64,000 bases of DNA, taken from positions 682,001-746,000 of the forward strand of contig OZ025791.1 of NCBI GenBank assembly GCA_964019425.1, in the 5' to 3' direction. The notes beneath the pieces were generated by a model that saw nothing but the letters and a program-made list of their open reading frames with translations, was not told the origin of the DNA and did not search any database. Shown in pieces: positions 19,305-29,997 of this stretch (the stretch's first letter is position 1; each line of letters opens with the position of its first letter). A program made the position numbers and the translations under genes. This DNA is from Flectonema sp. DT1601 (Eukaryota).

Positions 19305-22300
19305 TTATACCCAGGATCTTCTTCTTGGTGGTTGTGGTTGATCCTTCGACAAACCACTTTCACTCCTCTCAAAAACAGAGTTACCAGCAGTACTTGTGAG
19401 TGGGTACATGTTAATACCACTATTGTTGTTATCAACATTACTGTTAACTTTTATGTTCGCAATGATCTCTTGAGATCGTCTGCTGGGAGGCATACCTCGA
19501 ACAGGGAGAGTAGCAGAGTTAGAAGTGGGCTGACGACCTTGCTCAAAAACAGAAATGGCAGGCACGGTAGAATTGACAGCAACTGGAAGAGAGAAGTTGG
19601 TATCACTTCGAACATCAGCTGATGAAAGCATCTGTTGATTATATGATCCAAACACAGACGGTCCTTTACGATCTGGAGGTGGTGCTGCTGGCATTACTGG
19701 AGAAGCCTTCGATAATGACAAGTGTGATGACGGTATTGAGTGTCGCCTCACTACTCTCGTTGGAGATACCGAACGCTGGCGATTAGCAGGTGCTGTCGCT
19801 TTGGACGCGATGTCGATTCGTTCGATTTGCTCATCAACTTTCATAAGTCTGTCGATCAGTTTATTTAGAACTGATGTACTGTTTTGCATTTGTCTTTGGA
19901 TAATTGCTACTTCAGTTTCTAATGAAGAAGTCCTCATCCCATCCTGTTCTCTCAAGTCTTCAAGTTTTCCTAATGAGTCACGTATTCCATTTAATTCAGA
20001 ACGAATTCTTCCTTCAAGTTCCCGAAGAAGATGATTTACGTCACTTTCTTTGATGGAATCAACTTCAGGTGGTGGAGGTGATAGAGCTCTTGGTTTAGTT
20101 CTCATCATTTCTGATATTGTATTTTCTAAACTAATTAACTTGTCGCGTAGCGAGATGTTATTTCTTTCTGTTGAAAGAATTCTGTCTTTTAATTCCGATA
20201 GCAGTCTGTCGTCGAATACTTTCTGTTTTGGTTCTTTCACCATTCCAGAAGTTAATACTAACCGAGACCAATCCGCAAACCTTCTTCTCAATGAAAGTGT
20301 CTTTGAGCGTCTTAACAAATGACTAACAGCTCTTTGTCTATTTAATATACGACGTCGATTCTTTTGATTATAAAGAAGTTTCCAAAAGTATTTTTGTAAT
20401 AAATTATGTGCAGCATTCTTTCTTAAAACTAACAAGGTACCATTAGAGGCTAATTTTCGAATGATCTTCTTTGATTTAGAACTATATTGTCCTTTTGATG
20501 TTGGACACCATCGTTCCCAAACTGAGAGTCGATGACGATTTAAGTTCAGTGCTCGCAATGTAGCTAATTTTGATTTAGTTTTTCGTTGGTATTTCCTCAT
20601 TTCAATTTTTTCATTTCGGAAGGATATCAACTTATTCATTATTCGGTCTGCGAATTTTCGACGATTGGTATCCAGCATTCTGATTACAGATATAAATTTC
20701 AATCTCCAAGTCATCTGAGCGACTGCCTTGTCACGCATACGATTGTAGAATTCCTGAAGCAACCGACGATTATTCTTATCAATCAAAATGGTTAATTGTA
20801 CGTGTAGAAGTCGATCTTTATGACGTTTCCCTGAAGCCTTTAGAAGGGAAGTCTGCTCAACCAAACCCTCAACTATGACCATAACTCTATTGAAATCTGT
20901 TCCGAGTATCTCTTGTTCTCTTATGAGACGATTCTTCATTAAAAAGAACCTCATTAGCTTGTCGTAGGAACGATTTAAAGTACATTTTAATGTCTTTCTT
21001 GCGAGGTATTGCATTGCTCTATTTTGTTTTAAAATTTTCTTCCCAATTTGGTAATTTAATTCTATTTTTGAATATGTTTTTTCTAACAATCTGAGAGTTG
21101 TTTTTCTAAGCAGCTTATTTGATGTTGAGATCCGATCTTCTGTACGACTTCTTTTTAAAAACGAGAATTTTTTCCAAAGTCCAAAAGCATCTTTGAATAT
21201 TTCAAACTGCTCCAATGAGAATGTTCGTTGCATGAGGTATCGAAGGCCTCGATTGCGAATTTTATTTTTTTTTATCAAAGATGCAAACAACGACCAATCC
21301 CTGTAGTATCTGTCCAACAGTGATTTTTTAGCATTGTCTGCATTGGTGTTTACGACGTGAATTGTTAAGCTTCGTATTTTATAAGACTTCTGCCTTAGAT
21401 TTTTTATATCATTTTCAATGTCAGACGCCTTGTCGACGAGGAGGTGAAGATCACCGTGAAGGTTATTAAATTGATTTTGCATTTCATCAAATAATATTCT
21501 TTTTGAATTCAAAACGTTTTGTTCAAGAAGGTTGTAATACTGTCTTACAAACCTGTTCTCTGTCGTGTGCTCCAAGTATCTCAATTTTCTTAGTCTTGCT
21601 TCGCTTAGTTTTCGATTCTTTCTGTAAGCAGTCGCAATCTTAGATGCCTCCATTAATAGATCATAATGCTTTTTAAGAATTCTTATATTGGTTTTTTTTG
21701 TTAAGATTGCGCATGTAGATCGTCTTTGAATTTTTTTGTGAACCCGATGTTGAAGCCACAGCATCCAAAGTTTTAATTTTTTTGACAACAAGGACCTCGC
21801 CGTAGATTGCAACAGTCCCCGGATGTGTCTTTTTCTTATCAAATGTTTGCGAGAAATATTTCTATTGTTCAGCAATTTATAAAAATACGATCGAAGAGTG
21901 TACTTTAAGTTATTTGACCACAACAGATGAGCAATTGGTCGTTTTCGACGAGTCTCTGCTGACCTTCCAAAATAGGTCTCAATTTCGTTGCTGAACTGCT
22001 GCATTTGAAGTTGGGAATCGTTCATAACGTTTGCTAATCGTTCTACAGAGTCTTGGATTACTTTCTTATCTTCTCGTTCACGAGATAAGAGACCAAGAAT
22101 ATCCTGTAGGGCGATACTTACTTTTGTGTACTCTCCTTCCAGCCATGCGATTCTACCGCATTTTTCAACAGCACCATCAACGACAGTTAGAGTTTTCTTC
22201 TGTCGTTGTTGAAAAGCGTGTTCTTGAAGAGCATTGTATCCTCGTTGTAAAGTTGTGTGTCTTGTTCGTTTTACCAACCAGCTCAAAGCATGAAATAATC

Positions 22301-22463
22301 TCCGTCTTCGAGTATCAGATGTCCCGACTACCTTACTGTGAAGAGATGTTAGTGTTGCTGTTATAGCAGCCAAGTATTCTCCTAGTCGTGTGTTGTTACC
22401 GCGAAGGACATCATTTGGATTGACCGACAGCAGCACCGGCGGTAGCTGATGCTGAATCGACAT
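19305..22463 (-). CDS. Large basic helical-repeat/coiled-coil protein (Sfi1-like motifs), ~1050 aa
   Basis: Long ORF, probable start MSIQHQL after an AG; recurring 'LL..(Y/F)...W/L' helices (LLSKKLKLW, LLDRYYRDW, LRRRFADW), coiled coil, Ser/Pro-rich tail. Confidence 0.8.
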   Translation of the reverse strand: MSIQHQLPPVLLSVNPNDVLRGNNTRLGEYLAAITATLTSLHSKVVGTSDTRRRRLFHALSWLVKRTRHTTLQRGYNALQEHAFQQRQKKTLTVVDGAVEKCGRIAWLEGEYTKVSIALQDILGLLSREREDKKVIQDSVERLANVMNDSQLQMQQFSNEIETYFGRSAETRRKRPIAHLLWSNNLKYTLRSYFYKLLNNRNISRKHLIRKRHIRGLLQSTARSLLSKKLKLWMLWLQHRVHKKIQRRSTCAILTKKTNIRILKKHYDLLMEASKIATAYRKNRKLSEARLRKLRYLEHTTENRFVRQYYNLLEQNVLNSKRILFDEMQNQFNNLHGDLHLLVDKASDIENDIKNLRQKSYKIRSLTIHVVNTNADNAKKSLLDRYYRDWSLFASLIKKNKIRNRGLRYLMQRTFSLEQFEIFKDAFGLWKKFSFLKRSRTEDRISTSNKLLRKTTLRLLEKTYSKIELNYQIGKKILKQNRAMQYLARKTLKCTLNRSYDKLMRFFLMKNRLIREQEILGTDFNRVMVIVEGLVEQTSLLKASGKRHKDRLLHVQLTILIDKNNRRLLQEFYNRMRDKAVAQMTWRLKFISVIRMLDTNRRKFADRIMNKLISFRNEKIEMRKYQRKTKSKLATLRALNLNRHRLSVWERWCPTSKGQYSSKSKKIIRKLASNGTLLVLRKNAAHNLLQKYFWKLLYNQKNRRRILNRQRAVSHLLRRSKTLSLRRRFADWSRLVLTSGMVKEPKQKVFDDRLLSELKDRILSTERNNISLRDKLISLENTISEMMRTKPRALSPPPPEVDSIKESDVNHLLRELEGRIRSELNGIRDSLGKLEDLREQDGMRTSSLETEVAIIQRQMQNSTSVLNKLIDRLMKVDEQIERIDIASKATAPANRQRSVSPTRVVRRHSIPSSHLSLSKASPVMPAAPPPDRKGPSVFGSYNQQMLSSADVRSDTNFSLPVAVNSTVPAISVFEQGRQPTSNSATLPVRGMPPSRRSQEIIANIKVNSNVDNNNSGINMYPLTSTAGNSVFERSESGLSKDQPQPPRRRSWV

Positions 22464-22674
22464 TCCCTTGTCAACCCCCGCTGCTGTTTTAAAAAATAAA
22501 ATTGAAACATTTTTCTTTTTTCCCTTTAACAATAGGCTCTCAAATACGATCATCTTCATAAAACATGTTAAAGATTACTATTAAAACAGAAATAGTTTTT
22601 AATGAAGGGAAGCACACTGATGACAAACAAGTCATCTGACTATAAAATGAATAACTTAACCTTTACGGTTGTAT

Positions 22675-23283
22675 TCAACACGGACAGTCTGGAGAACAAC
22701 AAAACCCTTCACAGCCACAACCACCGAAACCGTTGTCTTCACAAGTCTCACACTTTGGATAAGTAGAAGACGGAAATATAGGATGTCCTGATGGTCTACA
22801 AACAGAGCAATCTATGAATGGAAGTCCTGAATTTGCTTTTCGAATTCTCTGAGCATCATGAAGAGCGTGGTTAGCGGATATCAGAACTGAGGTATCCCAT
22901 TTCATAAAATCATCTGGTTGTGATTCAATTACTTGACTAAGATGAGTATGCTTTCCAAGGTGTTGTTTTATGTACTTCCTCTTCATCTTTGCGACAACAC
23001 CATATTTATAAATAGGAGAATCAAATTTCATATCTGAAAGTATCGATGAAACTGTTGGATATTTCTTAGTAGGTGTTGTCTTACAATGACATTGGTTTTG
23101 TTTATTGCAACGGCAGTCATAACCTTTTCCTTCACCCTCGTCAACGCGTACCCAGGGACCTGCTACTACTTTACCGCTATCGATTGCTTTCTTACCATCG
23201 GAATCGATTATTTCCATTACTGGCTTGCAATTCGATGTTATCACCAATGTCAATAACAACAACAATGTTGTTTGTATTTTCAT
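22675..23283 (-). CDS. Secreted cysteine-rich protein (202 aa)
   Basis: Signal-peptide-like MKIQTTLLLLLTLVITSNC; Cys clusters CRCNKQNQCHC and C-terminal CSVC...CETC...CGCEGFCCSPDCPC. Confidence 0.75.
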   Translation of the reverse strand: MKIQTTLLLLLTLVITSNCKPVMEIIDSDGKKAIDSGKVVAGPWVRVDEGEGKGYDCRCNKQNQCHCKTTPTKKYPTVSSILSDMKFDSPIYKYGVVAKMKRKYIKQHLGKHTHLSQVIESQPDDFMKWDTSVLISANHALHDAQRIRKANSGLPFIDCSVCRPSGHPIFPSSTYPKCETCEDNGFGGCGCEGFCCSPDCPC

Positions 23284-23773
23284 GTTAATTGTAAGCAGTT
23301 GCCCGCAGACGAATCCCTATCGCATTTGCAACCACCTGCCATTACAAGAAAGTAATGAAAAAAAAAAAAGGAAATGTTAACACACATTCGTCACTAAGAT
23401 AATTTAATTCCTTACTAAAAAAACACAGTTCACAAATCACAAAAGGCGAACAAAAAGGAGAAAGGGAAAGTTGGGGTTGCCTTGCCCAGGAAAAGACCGA
23501 TTCCGTTGTTGTGAGCTCTGTCATAGTAATTAATACAATCCGTCAGTAAAATGTTTTGAATACTGTTGGAAATCAGTATTTTACAAACGGATTTCGTATA
23601 ATATTCACAACTAATATTAAGTGCGACTGCAGGCAGTCAGATAGTCTTTCCTTGAGGGAACGGCAAGAAGTCAACCCACACAATAAAAAATAAAATAAAT
23701 TGCGGAAAGGAATACAAAACCAAAGAGGAGTGGATGTCCAACAGTCTGAATGAACGCAACGCATTCAATCACT

Positions 23774-24046
23774 TTAATCATCAAGGTTCTGCTGGTTGTT
23801 AATGGTCTGCATAAACTGCATAAAGAAACTTCCAACAATGACAAAGATCAACACGACCAGCACAACGCCTCCAACTGGCATCTTTTCCTCTTCAACCTTC
23901 TTCTTCTGGAGTCCTCTCTTGTCAATGTTTCCACTGAATCTGTTTTAAGTTTTAATACACTATGAATAGATAACAATTATCACATTAAATATTAAACTAA
24001 CATACCTCTCGGCCTTCTTACGAGCGATGGTTGGACTGGCGGCCAT
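23774..24046 (-). CDS. SERP1: RAMP4/SERP1 ER membrane protein (68 aa; exons 24046-24006, 23939-23774)
   Basis: Splicing GTATGT...AAAACAG (24005-23940) gives MAASPTIARKKAERFSGNIDKRG...KMPVGGVVLVVLIFVIVGSFFMQ, matching the RAMP4 pattern F..NI..RG / PVG / FV.VGS. Confidence 0.88.
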
Positions 24047-24217
24047 TTTGTATTGGGGGAAGGTGTGTTTCCGGCGGAAGCTTGGAAAATAAATTATAAG
24101 CAATCTGAACAAACATCGTGTTGCTGGCAGCCTAATACTCAAAAAGAGTTCTTTCCCTTCAAGAAAGTTAAATAACAAGTTTACACAAACATGAACTCAC
24201 TCACTAAGAAATAATAT

Positions 24218-25876
24218 TTATGGTGCCCGAGTTCGCCTCCGACCAGGTGGATTTCTCTTAAGCTTTTGAACCTGCCTCGGAGGAGGAGAAAATATCTTAT
24301 TCTCCAAAATATATAAAGAACAGATATCCTTTAGTGTGAGTGATAAAGGAACAGATTTAATACCGCAACGATTAACTGACATTTGATGTGTAGTAATCCC
24401 TCCGACTATAAATATATCAGACCCAACTAAGACTGACGAATGACTAACAACTGCTGGTTGAGATGCTGACAGGGGAAACTTTTTTAAAGACCAATAAGCT
24501 CCTTCATTAAGATGAACCACGTACATCTCAAAAAGATGTTGATTCTGATCATTAATAATCCCGTGATTGTATTCATTAACTTCTGTCTCACCAGAAATAA
24601 TATAAAGAACTCCATCCTTCTCATGACAACTATGTCTCCATCTTGGTAATGGAACAACACCCCCAAGTGATGTAACAATTACTTGAGAACAGATGTTGGT
24701 GGTTAAGTTTATTTCATACAAATCGTTAAGCAGATGTTCAGACGCAGCAAAGTGTGGTACTAATGTCTTTCCTCCAAAGATATAAAGTATAGAAGACTGT
24801 TCGTTGAGAGCTGATGAATGTCCACATCTTTTTGTTGGAACTTCCCCAACAAGAGTCGGTCTGAGAGTTGTTTGTGTTGTCGTATCAAAAACAAGTAAAC
24901 TTGATGAGCAGTCACCATCCTTTCTCATACCTCCAAATATTAATAAAACACTTTCTGAAGGAACGCTATCCATCGTGTGACAACACAAAGCAGGAAGAGG
25001 ACCTCTTCCCTCTGAACTGTCAGTTGTTATAATACTTTTAACCGATATCTTCCTATTACTTATTGACATCCCACTGTTTCCGTCAGATTCGATGTTACGA
25101 ACGTCTTCAGCAGTTATTTCATACATGTCATTTAATATCGAATTTCCATTCTTACCTCCGAATAATATAAACTTCGTGTGAGTGCGATTAGTATCTTTTT
25201 GAGGTGTTTTTATTAAAGAGACCACATGATCAAACCTTGGAACTATTGTCTTTTGAATAGCAAAACTAACAGACCAGACCTTAGATGCGATGTGATATTC
25301 CATTATGGTATTTGTTCCTAAACAGGTTTCTGTACTGTGACGTCCACAGAGTACTAAGATTGATCCATCAGAGAGGTACGTTGAAGTGTTTCCAAACGGA
25401 GGAAGTTTACTTAGCGTTTGTCGTAAAGGGTCTGATGATCTGTGAAATCTGATTACGGAATTATTAATTACGGGTTTTGATTTAGAATTGTCTAATAATG
25501 TTTGAAGCATGTAGTCTACTTCCCCACCGCTATAAAGACTGGATACCTCATCGCTGTCAGATGGTGGTGCCATTACTTTATAACGCTTTCGCATTGCTTC
25601 ATCAAGTCCTTCTTTAGTGAAAGCACGCGCTCGTTTTTCGTATTCGGTACCTTCGTCGAATAAGATTTCTCCATACTCATTTCCCAAGTGATTCGTGTTT
25701 GCGAAATCATCATGTTGAACACCTTCCCAGTTATTATCAGTAATCAATATCGTCGGCATTTCACTTCCATCGGCTAGCTGTTCTTGTCTTTCTGCAGCTG
25801 TTTTTGCATAAACGTCAGCTGAGAGAATTGATATACTCCTCTTGCTATCAACTAAGTTATTGAGATCATTTGTCAT
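24218..25876 (-). CDS. Kelch-repeat protein with C-terminal BC-box-like motif (552 aa)
   Basis: Kelch repeats (PRFDH..FILFGG..LNDMY; RCGHSS..LYIFGG; PRWRHSC..LYIISG); C-terminal 'LTLKDICSLYIL'. Confidence 0.88.
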   Translation of the reverse strand: MTNDLNNLVDSKRSISILSADVYAKTAAERQEQLADGSEMPTILITDNNWEGVQHDDFANTNHLGNEYGEILFDEGTEYEKRARAFTKEGLDEAMRKRYKVMAPPSDSDEVSSLYSGGEVDYMLQTLLDNSKSKPVINNSVIRFHRSSDPLRQTLSKLPPFGNTSTYLSDGSILVLCGRHSTETCLGTNTIMEYHIASKVWSVSFAIQKTIVPRFDHVVSLIKTPQKDTNRTHTKFILFGGKNGNSILNDMYEITAEDVRNIESDGNSGMSISNRKISVKSIITTDSSEGRGPLPALCCHTMDSVPSESVLLIFGGMRKDGDCSSSLLVFDTTTQTTLRPTLVGEVPTKRCGHSSALNEQSSILYIFGGKTLVPHFAASEHLLNDLYEINLTTNICSQVIVTSLGGVVPLPRWRHSCHEKDGVLYIISGETEVNEYNHGIINDQNQHLFEMYVVHLNEGAYWSLKKFPLSASQPAVVSHSSVLVGSDIFIVGGITTHQMSVNRCGIKSVPLSLTLKDICSLYILENKIFSPPPRQVQKLKRNPPGRRRTRAP

Positions 25877-26188
25877 ACTCTCTCAGATTAAATAAACAAA
25901 CAAAGTGACTACTTCTATATCCACACGACGGCTAAGTCAGGTTAGGAACTTTAGAAATAAAATAAATATTATTTTTTAATTTTCAAAAAGAAAGAGAAGA
26001 AAAAAAACGGTAAGAATCCCATAAGCAGTCAGTCAATCACCTGTAAAAAAGAAAATTTTGAATAACATTATAAGATTTAGAGGTGTTTTTTTTTTTTTTT
26101 TTTTTTGAGTTTTTCTTAAATAATACAATGCAATACCAATAACAAATAAAATAAAAAAATCTATGAAATAAGAAAAAACTTTCATTCC

Positions 26189-27103
26189 TTATGATCTATG
26201 TGCCACTAAATCCATAACCCTACTTCGAAGCATTGGAAGGGCAGCTGACTCAACCGGAGGTGGCGCAACGTTGTGATATGGCAGCGATCCGCTTGCAGCA
26301 TTAAACAATCCCGGAGGAGCGTACTGCAATGCTGCTTGTTTAGACTCTTGCAACGTTGTGTACTCTGATTGAAGTACCGCAAGTTGATTTTTAAGTTGCT
26401 CTGTTTCTTCACGCGCACGAATGATGTCTTGTTCAGAATTCCTATTTATAATATCCAATCGTTCGATTAGTTGAGAAACTTCTTGAGGAGTGTTTTGTGA
26501 GTTCATCGGATGATCGAGTTGATGAGAACGACGTTCTGCCACCTCAGCATTCAGGTGACCCAAAACCTGTTCAGAAGCAATTAATTTATTTGTTAGTAAA
26601 TCAGCTTCGTGTTTCTGACGATCCCTCTCTGTCTGTAATCTATGAAGTTGAGCTTCTACCTCTGGAGGTAGCAGAGAAGCAGTTCGCACAGGTGGACCAT
26701 TGTCCGGTGGTCTTGGATAAGGACTGTGACGTTCTGGGAGTACGGCAGGCATCGGTCGGCTGCCTGCAAAAACAATTGGATTTAATATCTCTCTCACATA
26801 AGTTGATACCTCTTCAGTATCAAATAAGTTTATTCCAGGTGTCTGTTCTGGTTGTAGATAATGATTTTGAAGTGATTTGATTTCCTGTGCTTCTGCCTCT
26901 CTCCGTTTGGCTTCTACTCGACGTTCCAGATCAAAACGAACTTCCTTGCCTCTGTCAGGTGACATGTCTCTTCTATCGGATGCAGCAATGGGACGGATAT
27001 CAAGTGGCTTTAGTTCAACTCTTGCGGTAGCACTTCTCTCTCTTTCTTTCATTAATTCTTTGAATTGCTCCATCTCATTAACGTAGTGAGGGGAGAATTC
27101 CAT
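26189..27103 (-). CDS. Hypothetical coiled-coil protein (304 aa)
   Basis: ATG-initiated ORF with E/Q/R-rich heptad segments and Pro-rich linkers. Confidence 0.75.
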   Translation of the reverse strand: MEFSPHYVNEMEQFKELMKERERSATARVELKPLDIRPIAASDRRDMSPDRGKEVRFDLERRVEAKRREAEAQEIKSLQNHYLQPEQTPGINLFDTEEVSTYVREILNPIVFAGSRPMPAVLPERHSPYPRPPDNGPPVRTASLLPPEVEAQLHRLQTERDRQKHEADLLTNKLIASEQVLGHLNAEVAERRSHQLDHPMNSQNTPQEVSQLIERLDIINRNSEQDIIRAREETEQLKNQLAVLQSEYTTLQESKQAALQYAPPGLFNAASGSLPYHNVAPPPVESAALPMLRSRVMDLVAHRS

Positions 27104-28686
27104 TTTTATGTTTTTTTTGTTGTTTTGTTTCTGATTGACGGGAATATGATGAGGAAATAGTTTTTTTTCTTTTTTTTTTAAATCTCAAAAAAAAACTTGG
27201 GCAGGATGAACTTGCATAATAGTGCAATAAAAACCTGTGTAAATAAATTAATAATTATTTATTACCTACTTAAACTCAACAAAGGAAGCTGATTTCTGAA
27301 CAAAGGCTAATTTCTTGTAACAGATTTGACGACACATAACTGACGGTACTACCACGTGCAGGATCGTTTTTTTTTTTTTGTGATTCTTTTGATATTTCTT
27401 TTTTTTTTTTCTTTTTTGTGATTCTTTTTTTTATTATTATTATTTCTGGTTTTATTTTTTTTTTTTGAAACCTATGATTTTTTTTTTTTTTATTTCTTTT
27501 TTTGCTACAATTTTTTAAGAATAAAAAAAAAAAAAAAAAAAGATAAAAAAAATCAAAAACTTTCAGCCATATAAATTAAAACGTCACGCCAGGCAGCATT
27601 AGCAACCGAGACATTTAATACTATTTTCGCTGCAGTCAAGGATACAAGCTAGAAATTACGAAGGACTAGAGCGCGGTGAGGCTGGCGAGATGTGAACCCT
27701 GCCGCCGACCTTTTCTTTACATCCTATTCCACTCAAAGCAATTGAAAAAAGCGAATAAAAACAATGGCTGGGATGGGGGATGAGGATTTTCGCGTCCGAC
27801 CAATTGAACACCTGCTTGCCATCCGTGGAATGCTCTAAAGCAATAAGACTCGACGAACAATATTTGTAGATTTGAAAAAAATATTTCTAAAAAAAAGTGG
27901 ATTCCTTTGACTCGGTTCCCCCCCCATCAGAAATATTTTCCTTCCACAATAAAACAGAGTAGATAACGACACACCCCGAATTGTTCAATTTTAGCTAAGT
28001 TCACGGCTTCAGTACACCAAAGGAATCTCTGGGTAAACAGGTAGAAAGAGGAAGTACACACAGGGAACACGCAGACAAAAAAACATGTACACATAAAGGC
28101 AAAACACTGCCATGAAGAAACAAAACAAAGGGGAAAACATTATCAAGAACAAAGATTGATTCGATAAAAAATAAAAATAAAAAAACCTTTTTCTTTATAA
28201 AAAAAAAACGAAATCACAAACATGATTGTTCAAATACAAAGATAGTACTCACAATAGTGTTGTCGTTATTGCGTCGGTGCATTTTCTTTTCCTTTTTCCA
28301 GAAAAATGAAACCGAAAAATCAAAAAGACGTATTTCTCATCATCGAAATGAATAAAAACATCACGCAACCCATAAACAGGCTACGGCACCTACAGGAAGC
28401 AGTCATGAAGGTAGTCGGTTATTTTTATATAGATAAATAATTAAGTATGTACGAACACCGTGAACCGTTCTGATTTCAGTCACGGAAAAGAGAGTTTACT
28501 CTCCAATCGGCAAGTTACCGACCAGGCAGGTAGTTCGTCGACAATACTTATTCGGAGAAAAGACAAATCTCAGAAATACAATTTAGTGTTGGCTAGTTGT
28601 TTGCTCATCGAGTAGGAAGCATTATTTGAGCTTCGGAGCTGGTCTCTGAGCAATCATAGAAGTTTCCACAAGCGATAACACTACAA

Positions 28687-29704
28687 CTACGTGTGGTGAC
28701 ATACGTGCTTTGTTGATCCATTTGTCTCACCATCGACTAAGTACTTCATTGTTACTTCGTAGGTTGTCATCGTCAGTGCAGCAGAAGGAGCAGCAAATAA
28801 CATTCGCGGTACAACACCCTGTTTTTTTACTTTGTTTTCTGCACAAGAATAATTCAATTAATAATAATTATAATATCATACCGTCCAAAATTTTGGAAGT
28901 CCTCCTTCACTCATTATGGTTTTAATAGCCTCAGTGTATGACTTGGCTCCCAGTTGGATTCGTGTTTTTATCATGTCAAGCGGGTTAGTTACAAATGCAG
29001 AGTTGACACCAGCAATACCCTGTTGGGTTGGTTGATTTAGATTAATAAATAAAATGAATAAAATTAACTTTTTAAAAAAAATAATTTAACCATACCCCGC
29101 AAAGGAAGTAATCAGCTGCCATACGTTCTTCAATAGTTTTACCGGTGACAACCTTTGCAGTGCGATATGTCAACCAATGTACAATTTGCGCAGGGATGCC
29201 AATGAGCAAAGCAGCTGGGAGTGATCGATAAAAAGGAAACAACAACCCTTCCTTAGCGCTAATCTCGCGAACACAGTCGAAGGCGGTGTTGAATTGACGC
29301 GCCTGCATTCTTTGTTTTATAACATCGAAAGGAACAGTAACAGTCTCATGGACAACAGATGCAGCAGCTCCTCCAACAGCTGTACTTGTAGCCTGGTTTG
29401 AGGTATACTTGCTGGTGAGATTAGAAAAATACTCAAACGCACTGAATAGCGCTGCGTGTGCAGGTATCGCTGCGCAACTTGCCGGCCACACGCCTCTGTA
29501 AAAACCTTTCCATAACCCTTCCTCCTGGTACATTTTCTTTGCACTTACCGTAAGTGTTGGATACAAGTGTCCAATTTCTTTAGACATCATTCTGGTCTTT
29601 ACAGAATCCAGTGGAAACATAACAATGTGCTCACTGAGTCCAGACAACCCTCCAGCAATTATTGTGTGGCGCAACAGGGCGCCTTCTTCCGGCATATGAT
29701 CCAT
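28687..29704 (-). CDS. Mitochondrial carrier (SLC25) protein, mitoferrin/MRS3-4-like (exons 29704-29096, 29019-28882, 28818-28687)
   Basis: Three PX(D/E)XXKXR signatures after splicing: EHIVMFPLDSVKTRM, VPFDVIKQRMQ, NPLDMIKTRIQ; 'EH..M.P.DSVKTRM' is mitoferrin-like; two phase-0 GT-AG introns restore the frame. Confidence 0.9.
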
Positions 29705-29997
29705 CTCGTGAAGGTACCCCTGCCCAGCTGATAAATAAAAATAAAAATAAATTTTAAATAGAGTTGGTTTTTGATTCTGCTTTTTATTTTTTCCCTGAGT
29801 TTGAAAAAAACGAAGATAATAACAATACCCATTACCTTATACAATACTGACCAACTCTTTGATACAAAACTGATTGAACTACCCAGCAGTGCTTACGGAG
29901 GAAAAGGAGGCGCTCGCGGAGGCAAGAAAGCGGCACGGCTCAACCTTTTGTATTACGACGCTGATATAAAAACTCAAATAGCAGGACACCAATAATT

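Noticed and set aside
27104..28686. Long intergenic gaps (also 7332-8657 and 31552-33851) as hidden genes or ncRNAs
   Set aside because: No convincing spliced ORF or recognisable RNA family; most simply UTR/spacer sequence
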